A stretch of 64,000 nt of DNA, taken from the NCBI RefSeq assembly GCF_964355755.1, contig NC_092672.1, positions 29,704,437-29,768,436 of the forward strand, read 5' to 3'. The notes beneath the pieces were generated by a model. The model was not told where the DNA came from, made no database searches, and was given only the letters and a program-made list of their open reading frames with translations. The DNA comes from Antedon mediterranea (taxonomy: Eukaryota; Animalia; Echinodermata). Position numbers and translations under genes: made by a program. The stretch's first letter is position 1. Each line of letters opens with the position of its first letter. Shown in pieces: positions 1-11,323 of this stretch.

Positions 1-869
1 CGCAGAAACATAAATTGTTTTGGAATTATTTATAATCACGAAACAAAAGGCTGTGAAGAATTTAACGGAAATAATTTGTCAAATATTGAGACAGATTTGA
101 TTCGCAAGTACTACGTAGCAGTCCGGTAAACTGATTGCAAGTTTAAAAGTGTGATTTATTAAAATGGGGTAAAAGCTACATGGCTTTCTCCCTCCCTAAA
201 ATATATTGTGCGAAAAAGTACATAGTAATTTCATTTACTATTTTAAAATATTTCGAACGCGGCAGCATTGATACAAATCAAAATTGACTTGGAAAATAAA
301 ACATCACAGATCGCTTTATATTACCGATACCGATTTTATTTAATATTTGGGAAAAAATCTGTCAAAAGATTATTCAATTAAATTATTAAAATATGTTCTT
401 ACTCAGGCAATTATCTTTTGATGACGTCATCACATCTACAAATTTGATTGACCTTGGCAACGTTATGTCACGTGTATTTTGTATAGAAATCTTATTATTA
501 TGAATGGTCCGGTTTATTATTCTACGTGTCATTTAAAGTATATTGCGCCCACTTTCTCTCTTAAAGAAAGATTTATTTTAAGAGGTTAATTAATGACATT
601 TTAAAAATAGCAGAATTGTATTCATCATCAGCAAAAAATAAATAAATAAATAAATAAATAAATACCTAATCTGGCATGAAGAAATAGGATTAGATTGTAT
701 TATGCTGGACTCTAACTAAATACAGTTTTAAAAATAAAACTAATAAAACAAGAAGACATAGGCTTAATAAAATGATAATAATAAATAAATAATAAAATCA
801 TAATAAAAATATAATAATAAAACCAATAAATATGCTGTACTGTGGGTATCAGTGGCTGGATCTCAATGG

Positions 870-1225
870 CATTTCGATTACGCGGTCAGTCTACGCCGAA
901 AGCAGCAAATTTCTGTTCGCATACTCAAACATTATCCGTTTTTGTTTTTGTTTCATGTTACTATGATAACGCAGTATACCCACATGCACAATTAGAAATC
1001 TGTAATTGGTTGTTTAGAAAATTTGCTTGGTATTTTTTCTGCAGAGGCTTATCTTCTGATATTTCATTCCGATTACGTAGCCAGTCCACGCGTGACGGCA
1101 ACCGCAACATGCTCGCGTACTCAAACATTATCCGTTTTGGGTTTTTTCATGTGACTATGATAACGCAGTATTCCACATGCATATTTAGGAATATGTAATT
1201 GTTGTTCAGAAAATTTAGCAAAATA
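870..1225 (+). repeat. Diverged tandem duplication, ~197-bp period
   Basis: CGATTACG..TACTCAAACATTATCCGTTTT..CTATGATAACGCAGTA occurs twice. Confidence 0.75.
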
Positions 1226-1648
1226 TTTTACTAATTTCTTTTCGCTAATACAGAGAATAGCAACAATTAATTTAGCTCCTTAACCTAAGATTTTATCAAA
1301 CCGGCGACGGCATAGAGATATCACTCAATTTGGATATTAGCGTTTTAGCGAAATAAAAAATGTATGATAGAAAATACTTTTAACAATTAAAATTGTTATG
1401 TTGATGAATTATCCATGGAATATTGTTGCATATAAAATACATATTGAAGAATAGATATTGATAAAAGAAAAAATACATTATTTGGTTCGCTTAAAGTACT
1501 TTTAAAATCATTTGTATGTGTGTAACAGCAGATTATTAATTGGCTGATGACCATATTTATGTCTGCATAAGTAGTCATTATTTCTCCAACAAATCTTGCA
1601 ATCTTGTAATGTAATAAGTAAAAGTACGTATTGGAATCATGCTTTTTT

Positions 1649-1756
1649 AACAAACAAGGCCATATACATTGCTGCAGTCGCGTGCACAAATCTGAGTGTG
1701 TTTATCGACCGACCAACATAGTGAGCTGTAGAGTCGCGTTTGCCCGCGACTAAAAA
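1649..1756 (+). mobile_element. Short Helentron/HINE-like element
   Basis: AACAAGGCC...GTCGCGTGC...GACCGACC...AGAGTCGCG..CGCGACTAAAAA with subterminal palindrome; family call by motif recall. Confidence 0.45.
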
Positions 1757-1823
1757 CGACTCACGTAAATTAGCGATTGTACACAAGGGGATACCATTGT
1801 ATGGTATAAAATTTGGTTATAGT

Positions 1824-2835
1824 TAAGGCCAACTTAAACTAGGACAATAACGATCGACGATAAGTAGAAAAATATGCATTTTTACGCTGCTGCTCTAGCC
1901 CGCTACGTCCAATTAGGACTACTCAATCAGAAGCTAAAGCAAGCAGCAGTTATAGTTCTAAGGACAGTTTTGCAAAAAAGGAAACTCCACTATAATTTAT
2001 AGATTCCAGCTTCTAGACCAAAAAAACGTCTGAGAAAAGAGTCTATTAGGACATGTCGTGCTAAAATTACAAATCCCAAAGCATTCCTGGTATTTATGAG
2101 TCCCATTTGACTATAATACTGACTTTTGACTGTAATTCACTGTAAGATAGTCATTGAATTATTATCGAAACAGTCCATTAAAGTTTGTGTTTGTAATATG
2201 ATACTTCACACTTGAAATATCTAGAGTGATGAAGTGACCACCAGACTTGACCTTAGCAATAAAATTAACTAAAGTGACAGAAATTGAGTATTCACTTCTG
2301 TAACAAAAAAATATTTATTCACATATAAAAAGAGAAAAGAAACCCAAAAAACAATGTCTGACAAACAATTTAAGTATTTGTTGCTTTAAATTACATTTTT
2401 TTCCCAGGTAAAATAATTATTATGTGACAATAAAATGACACATTCAAAAACATTTGAAATAAAAAATATTGTTCAATAAGCGAGCAGCGTTTTTTGTAAG
2501 AAATATTTCTTGTTTAAACATAAAACAAAAGAAATATAAACACTTTCATTCTAGAACCATAGAATAACCATCTATGCTTCTTTTTGATGAAAATGATAAT
2601 TTCACACGACCAATCAAATGACGTCAGGATTAGTAAGAGCAATAATATCGTGAAAATACAATTTATTGTTTTTATTTATCATGACGTCATTTGATTTGAA
2701 TTTCTTATTATGTGTATCAGTAATATAAATGATTAGCCTATAGTTCTAGAACGAAAACCTTTCTAATTTGTTTTATGTAATAAAAATGCATGCTTATATA
2801 TTTATTGTCGATCGTTATCGTCCTAGTGGGCTTTA
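1824..2835. mobile_element. MITE with TIR CTAGGACGATAACGATCGAC; remnant also at ~34025-34117
   Basis: Inverted ends at 1839-1885 and 2783-2832; inner inverted repeats 2515-2780. Confidence 0.65.
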
Positions 2836-2883
2836 GTCCACCGGAGGTCTTGATTGGTATAAAATGCCAATCACGAGCGACTT

Positions 2884-3293
2884 TTTAGAATTAATATATA
2901 TTTTAAGATTCTTAGGTATGTATGTTTGGCGATTCTTAGTATGTACTCATTTCTTTAATTTTAATTTCATAATGTTATAGAGAACATTCATTGTAGGCCT
3001 ATATTTGGTCCGTGAATATAGACATGACTCAACGTTTGGATAAAGGTGTAGGCCTACACATTTTTTTATTTTTAGAGGTCATGAAATACATAATAGTTTA
3101 GAATTAATATATATTTTAAGATTCTTAGGTATGTATGTTTGGCGATTCTTAGTATCATTTCTTTAATTTCAATTTTATAATGTTATAGAGAACATTCATT
3201 GTAGGCCTATATTTGGTCCGTGAATATAGACATGACTCAACGTTTGGATAAAGGTGTAGGCCTACACATTTTTTATTTTTAAGGGTCATGAAA
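2884..3293 (+). repeat. Near-perfect tandem duplication, 213-bp period
   Basis: 2891.. matches 3104.. Confidence 0.9.
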
Positions 3294-3294
3294 C

Positions 3295-3600
3295 TATTGC
3301 CTGTTTAACTTATTTATTAAACCGTTACAAATCGTGAGTATACTGTAATTTAAATTGTTCATATATGGAACGTCTCTCTTTGTATTTGTCTATTAGTTTC
3401 TTTAGGTTGTGTGTCTTTTCAATATGTGTTGGATATTCATTTCCACATACAACGTTTCCATTTTGAAGATGTGGCAAGATAAGGGCGTTATAGATTTATT
3501 AGTATGTGTAGAAAAATGTGATTTTTTTTGTAACATAATTTTGTTTGCATCATATCATAACCGTCCCGAATTGTTATTGGTCAACGGCGTTGCGTCCTGG
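3295..3600 (-). mobile_element. Decayed LINE RT C-terminal fragment
   Basis: Minus-strand IYNALILPHLQ..VVW similarity, with stops. Confidence 0.45.
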
Positions 3601-5356
3601 TAGTATTGTATAACCAAGGTATGATGGAACATCACTGTGCACTGAGTAGAAACGTAGGCCGCAGCCTCGCTACATGGTTTGCCTGACCATAGTTTTAACA
3701 AAGTATCGATGATTTATTTTATATATATTATTGTGATCAACTCATCAGTATTCATTTTATTATAATAAACTACGTCATCTCTGAACCAGTACATCTTCCT
3801 TCTACATATCGGATCGCACGTGCATTAAAATGCGAACGCCAGTGTATAAAGTAAACCAAACATAAATCGCACAGAAATTGGAGATAATTATATAAAAAGT
3901 TCGGTCCGTTACAGTTTTTACGAAACTCTTCTCAAACAGTGTAATTATTTGCATGTTACAAAGAAAGATTTCAGATGTTTAAAAATTAATTTATTAGATA
4001 AGATAAACCAAAATAACTCCACAGGTATAACACTGTTTCATTTCGAGTCGCCAGATCGAAGACATTACCATTCTCATTAAAAGTCACTATGTTTAATAAA
4101 ATACCAAAACACAAATACATAATCAATTTAGTCAGTGCAATCTTTGAAATAAATACAATTAACAAAGAACTTTTGTTTCATTTTCTTTATTCAGAACTAG
4201 AAGAAACTAAAACAATCCTCATATAATGTAAACGGATACTTATCTACAATATGGTGTAATTCTACTCAGTTCATTATTACAAAATAATAAAATGTATAAA
4301 AAATGTATATACCTTAAGCTTGGTTCTCACTAGAAACAACGCAACGACGTAAGATAAGGAAATAGTCTCTATCAATTTTGCATCCCCTCCCCCACCTATT
4401 ACGAGAAATTAGATTAACTGTCGTGATGAACGTAAAGCAGCAGAAAATGTTTTATAACGTCTACGGTACCGTGCTTACGTAATTGGTTGCCACTTGTGAC
4501 ATCCAATGTTATATGATATTGCGTCAATACTTTGAGTATGTCGTTGCATCTTAGTTGGAACCAATCTTTCAAACTAATAATAGATTACTCCTATACTACT
4601 GAAGTCAATAATTGACAGGTTAGTAATGACGGTTTATTTATTTTAAATACCATTACAGTATACTACTTTACTACTCTGAAGGTCCATTGTACATTATTTA
4701 TAGACAATAGTTTACTACTGGTATTTAAGATTAATATTGTAATCCATTACATAACCATATGTTAAACTAAGGTTTATTTATTTCAAATACCATTATAGTA
4801 TTACTTTAAATAATCTGAAAGTTCATTCATTGTAAATTAGTTATAGACCAATAGAAATACTACTGGTATTTCAGATTAATATTGGAATTCATTACTTAAC
4901 ATATGTTAAACTAAGGTTTATTTATTTAAAAAAATAAACTTTACTACTGAAAGTTCTTCTGTTCACATATTATTATTAATCTAATACCGTCAGTGTTCTA
5001 ATCCAAGTAAACATGAAGAGTAAATACAAGATGACGTCAAGACTATTTATGTACTATCACCACCTCTATGCAAATGAGTAGATTAATAGTAAATGCGATT
5101 ATAATGCATTGAAAACAGTTCATTAATTTCTAACACTTTGTACAATATTGAAACAAAATATCATCAAATCACATTTGCAGTAGGCTCTACTTATAAAACA
5201 CCATTTGGTGACACTTTTCTTATTAAAGAAAAAATTGTTTGTGAAATCCATTTTGCACACATTGAGATGGCAGAACGTTTGAGTTGGAGAGGAATAATCA
5301 ATTAACCCAAGATTACAGTCAATGTTTTTTACATTTACCAGTGATATTGTGTTTCT

Positions 5357-8300
5357 TTATGTCAACAAAGTTACTCTTCTATCTGAACAGTCTCTCATTA
5401 TTTCACTAATTACCCAATCGGATAAATAGCAATCATGCATGTTAAGCAACCTTAGTTTAGGTAACATATTTAATAAAGAACGCAGTAAAGTAACATCAAT
5501 GTCACTAAGATTATTACAACTGATATTGAAGTGACCTAATTTCAACTTAACTCCATTATTAGAACACTCTCTACTCAGAGCATTCATTACAGCACCTGAT
5601 AGATTACAATTATGCATTTCAAGTGTAAGCGCATCATCATCATCACCATAATCATCATCATCATCATTATCAATCATACTCAATAGATAACACAGTGATA
5701 TACCATCAATGTCACTAAGATTATTACCACTGATATTGAAGTGATATAATTTCAACCTTACTCCATTATTAGAACACTCTCTACTCATAGCATTCATTAC
5801 AGCACCTGATAGATTACAATCATGCATGTCAAGTGTACTATTCCTACTCATCATACTCAATAGATAACAGAGTGATGCACTATCAATGTCACTAAGATTA
5901 TTACCACTGATATTGAAGTGATCTAATTGCAACTTACCTCCTTTATCAGAACACTTTCTACTCATAGCATTCATTACAGCACCTGATAGATTACAATCAT
6001 GCATGTCAAGTGTACTCTCCAAAGTCATCATACTCAATAGATAACACAGTGATGTACAATCAATGTCACTAAGATTATTACCACTGATATTGAAGTGATA
6101 TAATTGCAACCTAACTCCTTTATCAGAACACTCTCTACTCACAGCATTCATTACAGCACCTGATAGATTACAATCATGAAAGTCAAATATACGCAGCCCA
6201 GTCATCATACTCAATAGATAACACAGTGATGTACCATCAATGTCACTAAGATTATTACCACTGATATTGAAGTATTCTAATTCCAACTTAACTCCTTTAT
6301 CAGAACACTCTCTACTCACAGCATTCATTACAGCACCTGATAGATTACAATCATGAAAGTCAAATATACGCAGCCCAGTCATCATACTCAATAGATAACA
6401 CAGTGATGTACCATCAATGTCACTAAGATTATTACCACTGATATTGAAGTATTCTAATTCCAACTTAACTCTTTTATCAGAACACTCTCTACTCACAGCA
6501 TTCATTACAGCACCTGATAGATTACAACCATGCAAGTCAAGTATACTCAGCCTAGTCATCATACTCAATAGATAACACAGTAATGTACCATCAATGTCAC
6601 TAAGATTATTACCACTGATATTGAAGTGATATAATTTCAACCTTACTCCATTATTAGAACACTCTCTACTCATAGCATTCATTACAGCACCTGATAGATT
6701 ACAATCATGAAAGTCAAATATACGCAGCCCAGTCATCATACTCAATAGATAACACAGTGATGTACCATCAATGTCACTAAGATTATTACCACTGATATTG
6801 AAGTGATTTAATTCCAACTCAACTCCATTATTAAAACACTCTCTACTCACAGCATTCATTACAGCACCGGATAGCCTACAATCATGCATGTCAAGTGTAA
6901 GGTTACACTGATCATACTTTAATATACATAGAATGTGTGTAAGAACCTTTCCTTTAGAATCAGATGATATTGTATTTAAAAAACTCCGAACATTGTTAGG
7001 CAGTGATATTTTATGAAATTTCCTCAGAATATTTATAAAATGTTTATCAACGTTTTCATCTTTGCTTACATGCTGAATGAACATTCTTAATGTATTTGAA
7101 ATATCTTCCAAATGTTCTTTTATTTCTAAATTTGTATTCGATATGTGATTAAGCAATGTTTGTTCAACATTATCCATATGGTGTTGTTTCACCAATTCTA
7201 AGTAATTATCAATAGATCGATATGCTGCCAAATCATTTGTAATCCAATGCTTTAAGAATGTTCCAGAATCAGCTCCAAGGAACCCAATGGCAAACTCTCT
7301 TGTTATTTTGAAATACTCACTTTCTCGTATTTCTTTCCATTCTTTTTCATCTAATGGCGCAAGTAATGGGTTTTTTACGCGAGTGCATATGTTTTCCATA
7401 GATTCACTCTCACATAGTTTGTATAAATAAAATCCCACCAACGACTCAACTATCAGTTTGTGTGGAGGCATATAATTTTTTTCGAAGCTAGACTTTGAAA
7501 TTGGTGCATCTTCATAAACAAACCCAAGTTTCAGGGCAGTATCAATCGTACTTTTGTCACCTGTAAGGTTTTTTTTGTTTATCGAAAGTTGATTTCTTTT
7601 TAAGCTTTGATACATACATCTCCCTAAACAAATCATAGCATTTACATACTCCTCTGGAGCATCATCAAATTTTGAAATAAAATTGTGTTGTTGTTTTTTA
7701 AAGAACTGATTTAAAATACTTCGAAACAGTTCTTCAAAAAGATCAGATTTATCGAGAGGAAGATTTTGGTTGTCCTCCCACATAACACAAATTGTTAGAA
7801 GTAACATTGGATTTCTGCACATGGAACGCAATTCTTCATGTTCCAAGTAATTGTAATTATACGACATATCAAATTCATAATCATATTCAACAATGCCAAG
7901 CTTTTTTCTAAGAGATTTCCCTAGGTCAGGTTTTTCAAAATGCATAAAGTAATTGTCAATATACTCTCCAATGTTCCTTTCTTTGAACCCTTTTACTCTT
8001 ATGTGTACATTGCACTCATTTATGAATGCATTTATATTTTCTGTTCGCGAGGTCAGTATCACTACACTATTTTTTAATTTTTCCTTTCTGAAAATACGAA
8101 TAAAATCTTTATTCTCAAATCTTAATTCATCTAATCCATCTAATAACAACACAATTTTATTATCATGGTTTGTAAAGAATTCTTTGATGAATGAAGAACC
8201 TTTTTCAATCTTTGTTTCAAATTCTTCCATATCGAGTTGCTTTATCATGAGATCTAATATTGTTTGATCTTTCTCTAAATCTCGTATATTCAACAGAAAT

Positions 8301-8622
8301 ACAATTTTACCTTCAAATATATCAAATGATTTATCTGTACCGCAATTGTATGCTATGTACCTTAATAGTGTAGTTTTACCTATACCGCCTTCGCCATCTA
8401 TTAGAACTTTGCACGCAGGTGTGGATTTGATGGTAGCCAATACATCTTTTAATGTTGTTGGCTGACTCTCTTTCGTTTTTGTATTTCCTTTAAGTAGGTC
8501 CATCTCAGTGAATAGTTCAGAAATATCGACTTGGTACAATGTATTCAATGTTGCTGGTGTAAACTTCTTGGCATTTTGCAGAAATGCCTCTTGTTTACTT
8601 AGTAGATATACTTCTATCTTTT
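5357..8622 (-). CDS. NLR-A large terminal exon: NACHT + helical domains + LRR array
   Basis: ORF 5357-8695. The true exon starts after the polypyrimidine tract/CAG at 8624-8623; the ORF's hydrophobic N-terminus is intron sequence. Confidence 0.93.
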
Positions 8623-10656
8623 CTGTGAGATAAAATAAAAAGTAAATGAAATAAATGACACAATAAAAGACATAAATACTAATTAAAAAAAACATACAAT
8701 ATTTATGAAAAATTACGTTTACGCCATAAACACAATGTATGTTTTTTTAAAATTAAAATTAGAGTTTTGCAGTCCGCAAGAACGCAAAATAGACAAAATG
8801 AAACGAAACCTTAGGCTAATTGTTTGCAGTGGGAAGGGTAGGTTTAAATGTATAAATATAACATCAATGAAAAAGAAATTATTAGTCAGTCTTTGACAAG
8901 TTACTGTACATTAAATGAATTTTGTGTCAAAATTCAGCAAGATCTAGAAAACTATATTAAGAATCTAAATGTAACCAAAATAAGAGGTTGCCGTTTTTAG
9001 GCATTATTTGCCGACAAGCATCAACAATTAAGTCAAAGTTGTCATAAGAAATATACATACTATGGTTTTCATCTTGAGGTGTTAAAGGAAAATGTGTATA
9101 GAACAAAATACATCAAGTTAGAGTTGTAATGAAGGAGAGAATTATAGGTAAATTCCAACATTGTATCACAGTATTTCTTTTGAGAAATAGGAATTTAATA
9201 GATTAAATACGTTTTAATAGTTATACAGAATTATTTAGGTTAACCTGGTAAAAGTTTCCTACAGTACATGATAGGTTAGGATTCTATAAATAAATCCTAT
9301 AGCAATAATATAAATATTTTAATATTTAATACGTTTTAATAGTTATACAGCCATACAGAAATATTCTAGGTTAAACCTGGTAAAAATGCCTAGCATTGTT
9401 TGGATTTAATAGCCCGTCAATAGGTTTCTCTGAGATCCTATAGGAATTAAGTACTGTAATATATAGGTTGATATTTGACTTCTTAGATTACTGTCAATTA
9501 AAATTAGTATTCAGATTATTAAATGGTTAGTAGTGTTTGTCTATTTACCTTCTCTTCGGCGTTTGGAACTATCATCATCACGCTCGGTATTTCCTAAAAA
9601 ACACAAAACAAAACCGTAGTATTATTAATTGCGATGGTTTGAAGATTAAAATTTAAAAATATGACTAGTTTTCTATGCATACACTGCAGGTTGGTTCATT
9701 TCTGTTAATGTAAAATTGGCTATAAAAGCCGGATGATAAAATACATCTTTTTGTGTTGCTTAAGTATTCTGATAAACTGATTCTGATTCATTCTGATGAA
9801 ATTATTGATAAATGATAAAAACATTCATTAACATCAATTCATATTTACCTCCTGGTCGTCGATTAAAGCATGATGCTTTACCATCGTTAAGTTCTTCCTC
9901 ACCTCGTTCTATACAAATTAAACAAAAATATTAATACCCCAAAAATAAATTGTATTTTATTACATACGGGTAATACTAGCCAAAAAAAAAGTAATGTTTA
10001 AAATACAAATTAAAAACAATCTTGTGTAATAATACATTTATATACACATTGATTTGAGAAACTGTTAGTTGAAGGGTTTTAATTAATTTTATAAAAATGA
10101 CAAGTTTTAATAGTTGAAATAACTTGCTATACATACCACTATGATGTACAATTTTTCGAAGAAGATCATGAAATACATCTTTCTTGTCTGGTTCTTTCGA
10201 TAAACGTTGGCCAGTTTCCAATCTGAATGTTACATCCCAAATGGTGGTGTAATCGTACATTGCCAGATTATAATGAGAGATGACCCTCTTTAACGCATCT
10301 GGTCCAACATTTCGCAAATCTTTAAACATTTGTTTTCTTTCTGATGATATTTTTTCTTCACCGGTATTTTCAATATTATTGTCTCTAATATACTGGACTA
10401 CACAATCTTCAGCTTTCTTTAATTTACATAATTTGGAAATATCTAATAATAGGTTAACATTATTAGGTGCGATAACGCCAGTGTCTTCGAGATGATTAAA
10501 TAGATCATTTCCAATGGCATTTGGTTCTGTAAGGTCTCCGATAGGTATGTGGTCGAATAAGATAAACTTCAACCAACGCAACCTATTACCGCAAAAGAAT
10601 GTGCTGAGATCAGACTTCAATTTGGGGAACTCTGGATTAGTTTCAGACGCTGCCAT
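5357..10656 (-). CDS. NLR-A: spliced NLR gene (tandem DED - linker - NACHT - LRR), apparently intact, ~1296 aa; coding exons 10656-10137, 9908-9849, 9593-9549, 8622-5357
   Basis: GT/AG sites found at each boundary and all introns are phase 1, so the exons join in frame (520+60+45+3266 nt). NACHT motifs: Walker A GEGGIGKT, Walker B VLLLDGLDE, sensor ILTSR, NPMLL, PPHKLIVE. C-terminal LRRs. Confidence 0.88.
5460..6900 (-). repeat. Coding tandem repeat, 177-bp unit (two LRRs, 59 aa) x8 plus terminal half unit
   Basis: Period 177 seen directly (e.g. 6181 vs 6358); invariant core ISGNNLSDID..SLCYLLSM and HDCNLSGAVMNA. Confidence 0.95.
9061..9093 (-). pseudogene. NLR-A 33-nt micro-exon with mutated acceptor (AC instead of AG), probably skipped
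   Basis: Nearly identical to the copy-B exon 47542-47574, which has CAG|...|GTATGT; here the acceptor reads CAC. Confidence 0.55.
9549..9593 (-). CDS. NLR-A 45-nt linker micro-exon (GNTERDDDSSKRRRE)
   Basis: AG/GT flanked, phase 1-1; homolog in copy B at 48950-49009. Confidence 0.75.
9849..9908 (-). CDS. NLR-A 60-nt linker micro-exon (ERGEEELNDGKASCFNRRPG)
   Basis: AG/GT flanked, phase 1-1, open; homologous 60-nt exon in copy B at 50230-50289. Confidence 0.75.
10137..10656 (-). CDS. NLR-A first coding exon: death-effector domain plus a second DED-like unit
   Basis: LRWLKFILFDHIP..DLFNHLEDTGVI..NVNLLLDI..VVQY fits the DED pattern; followed by ISSERKQMF..IWDVTFRLE, resembling a second DED. 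Acceptor AG at 10675-10674, donor GTATGT at 10136. Confidence 0.75.
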
Positions 10657-11323
10657 TTAAGCATTTCTGGTTCCTGCAAAATATAATAAGAGTGAGTTTT
10701 TTAAATAACATTACATAAGTCATTTTCATCTTCATTATTTAGTTTGAATTTAATTAAAATTATCAAAATTATTTGTAGCTATTTTAATTTAATATGCCAA
10801 TTCAATATTCTAATATTGAATTTGAATAATAATTTCCCCCATTTTATTTTCCCAATCATTGATTGAAAAATCAAAATGCTAATTTATCTGTATGTCCTGC
10901 CATTCATTCTTAAAAGTAAGAAATTATACCTGACCTGTTACTAGTAACTAGTGTTACTGTTTTAATCAATGTGAATCTAATGTAGGAATTGGCTAGGCCT
11001 ACCTTTTATTTGATTCAAATGTCAGGAATTTATATACATTATAAAAAAATGTCTTATATTTATCTAATATGGGGACGGGTGTAGGCTCTTATGGGTCCAT
11101 GGCGGTTCTCTCTATCTACTAGCCCAAACATCCCAACAATGTTTGAAAAAAAAACAAAACAAAGCGTCCGTTTACCAATCTAACAAAATAATAAGTGACC
11201 TAGCCTATTCCGAATTAGTAATTTGTACAAACGAATTACAGTAGGCCTAACTGTACTTAATTTAGGCTTCCGGGCTTTCGTACTGAATAGACCATTCAGT
11301 ATACCAGCACTTTTAAACTATTA

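Noticed and set aside
1-129. Open frame at the window start, possibly the end of a coding exon
   Set aside because: Only 42 codons and no recognisable motif; cannot be supported.
7953-8267. Antisense ORFs over NACHT and LINE coding regions (also 44734-45219, 13117-15093)
   Set aside because: Shadow ORFs of real coding sequence, with no recognisable motifs.
8623-8695. N-terminal transmembrane/signal segment of the 1112-aa ORF (and His/Arg-rich start of the 1303-aa ORF, 45209-45398)
   Set aside because: Translated intron polypyrimidine tract and microsatellite upstream of the AG acceptor; not conserved between paralogs.
9976-10136. Hydrophobic C-terminal tail of the 226-aa DED ORF
   Set aside because: Read-through past the GTATGT donor into intron; not conserved in copy B.
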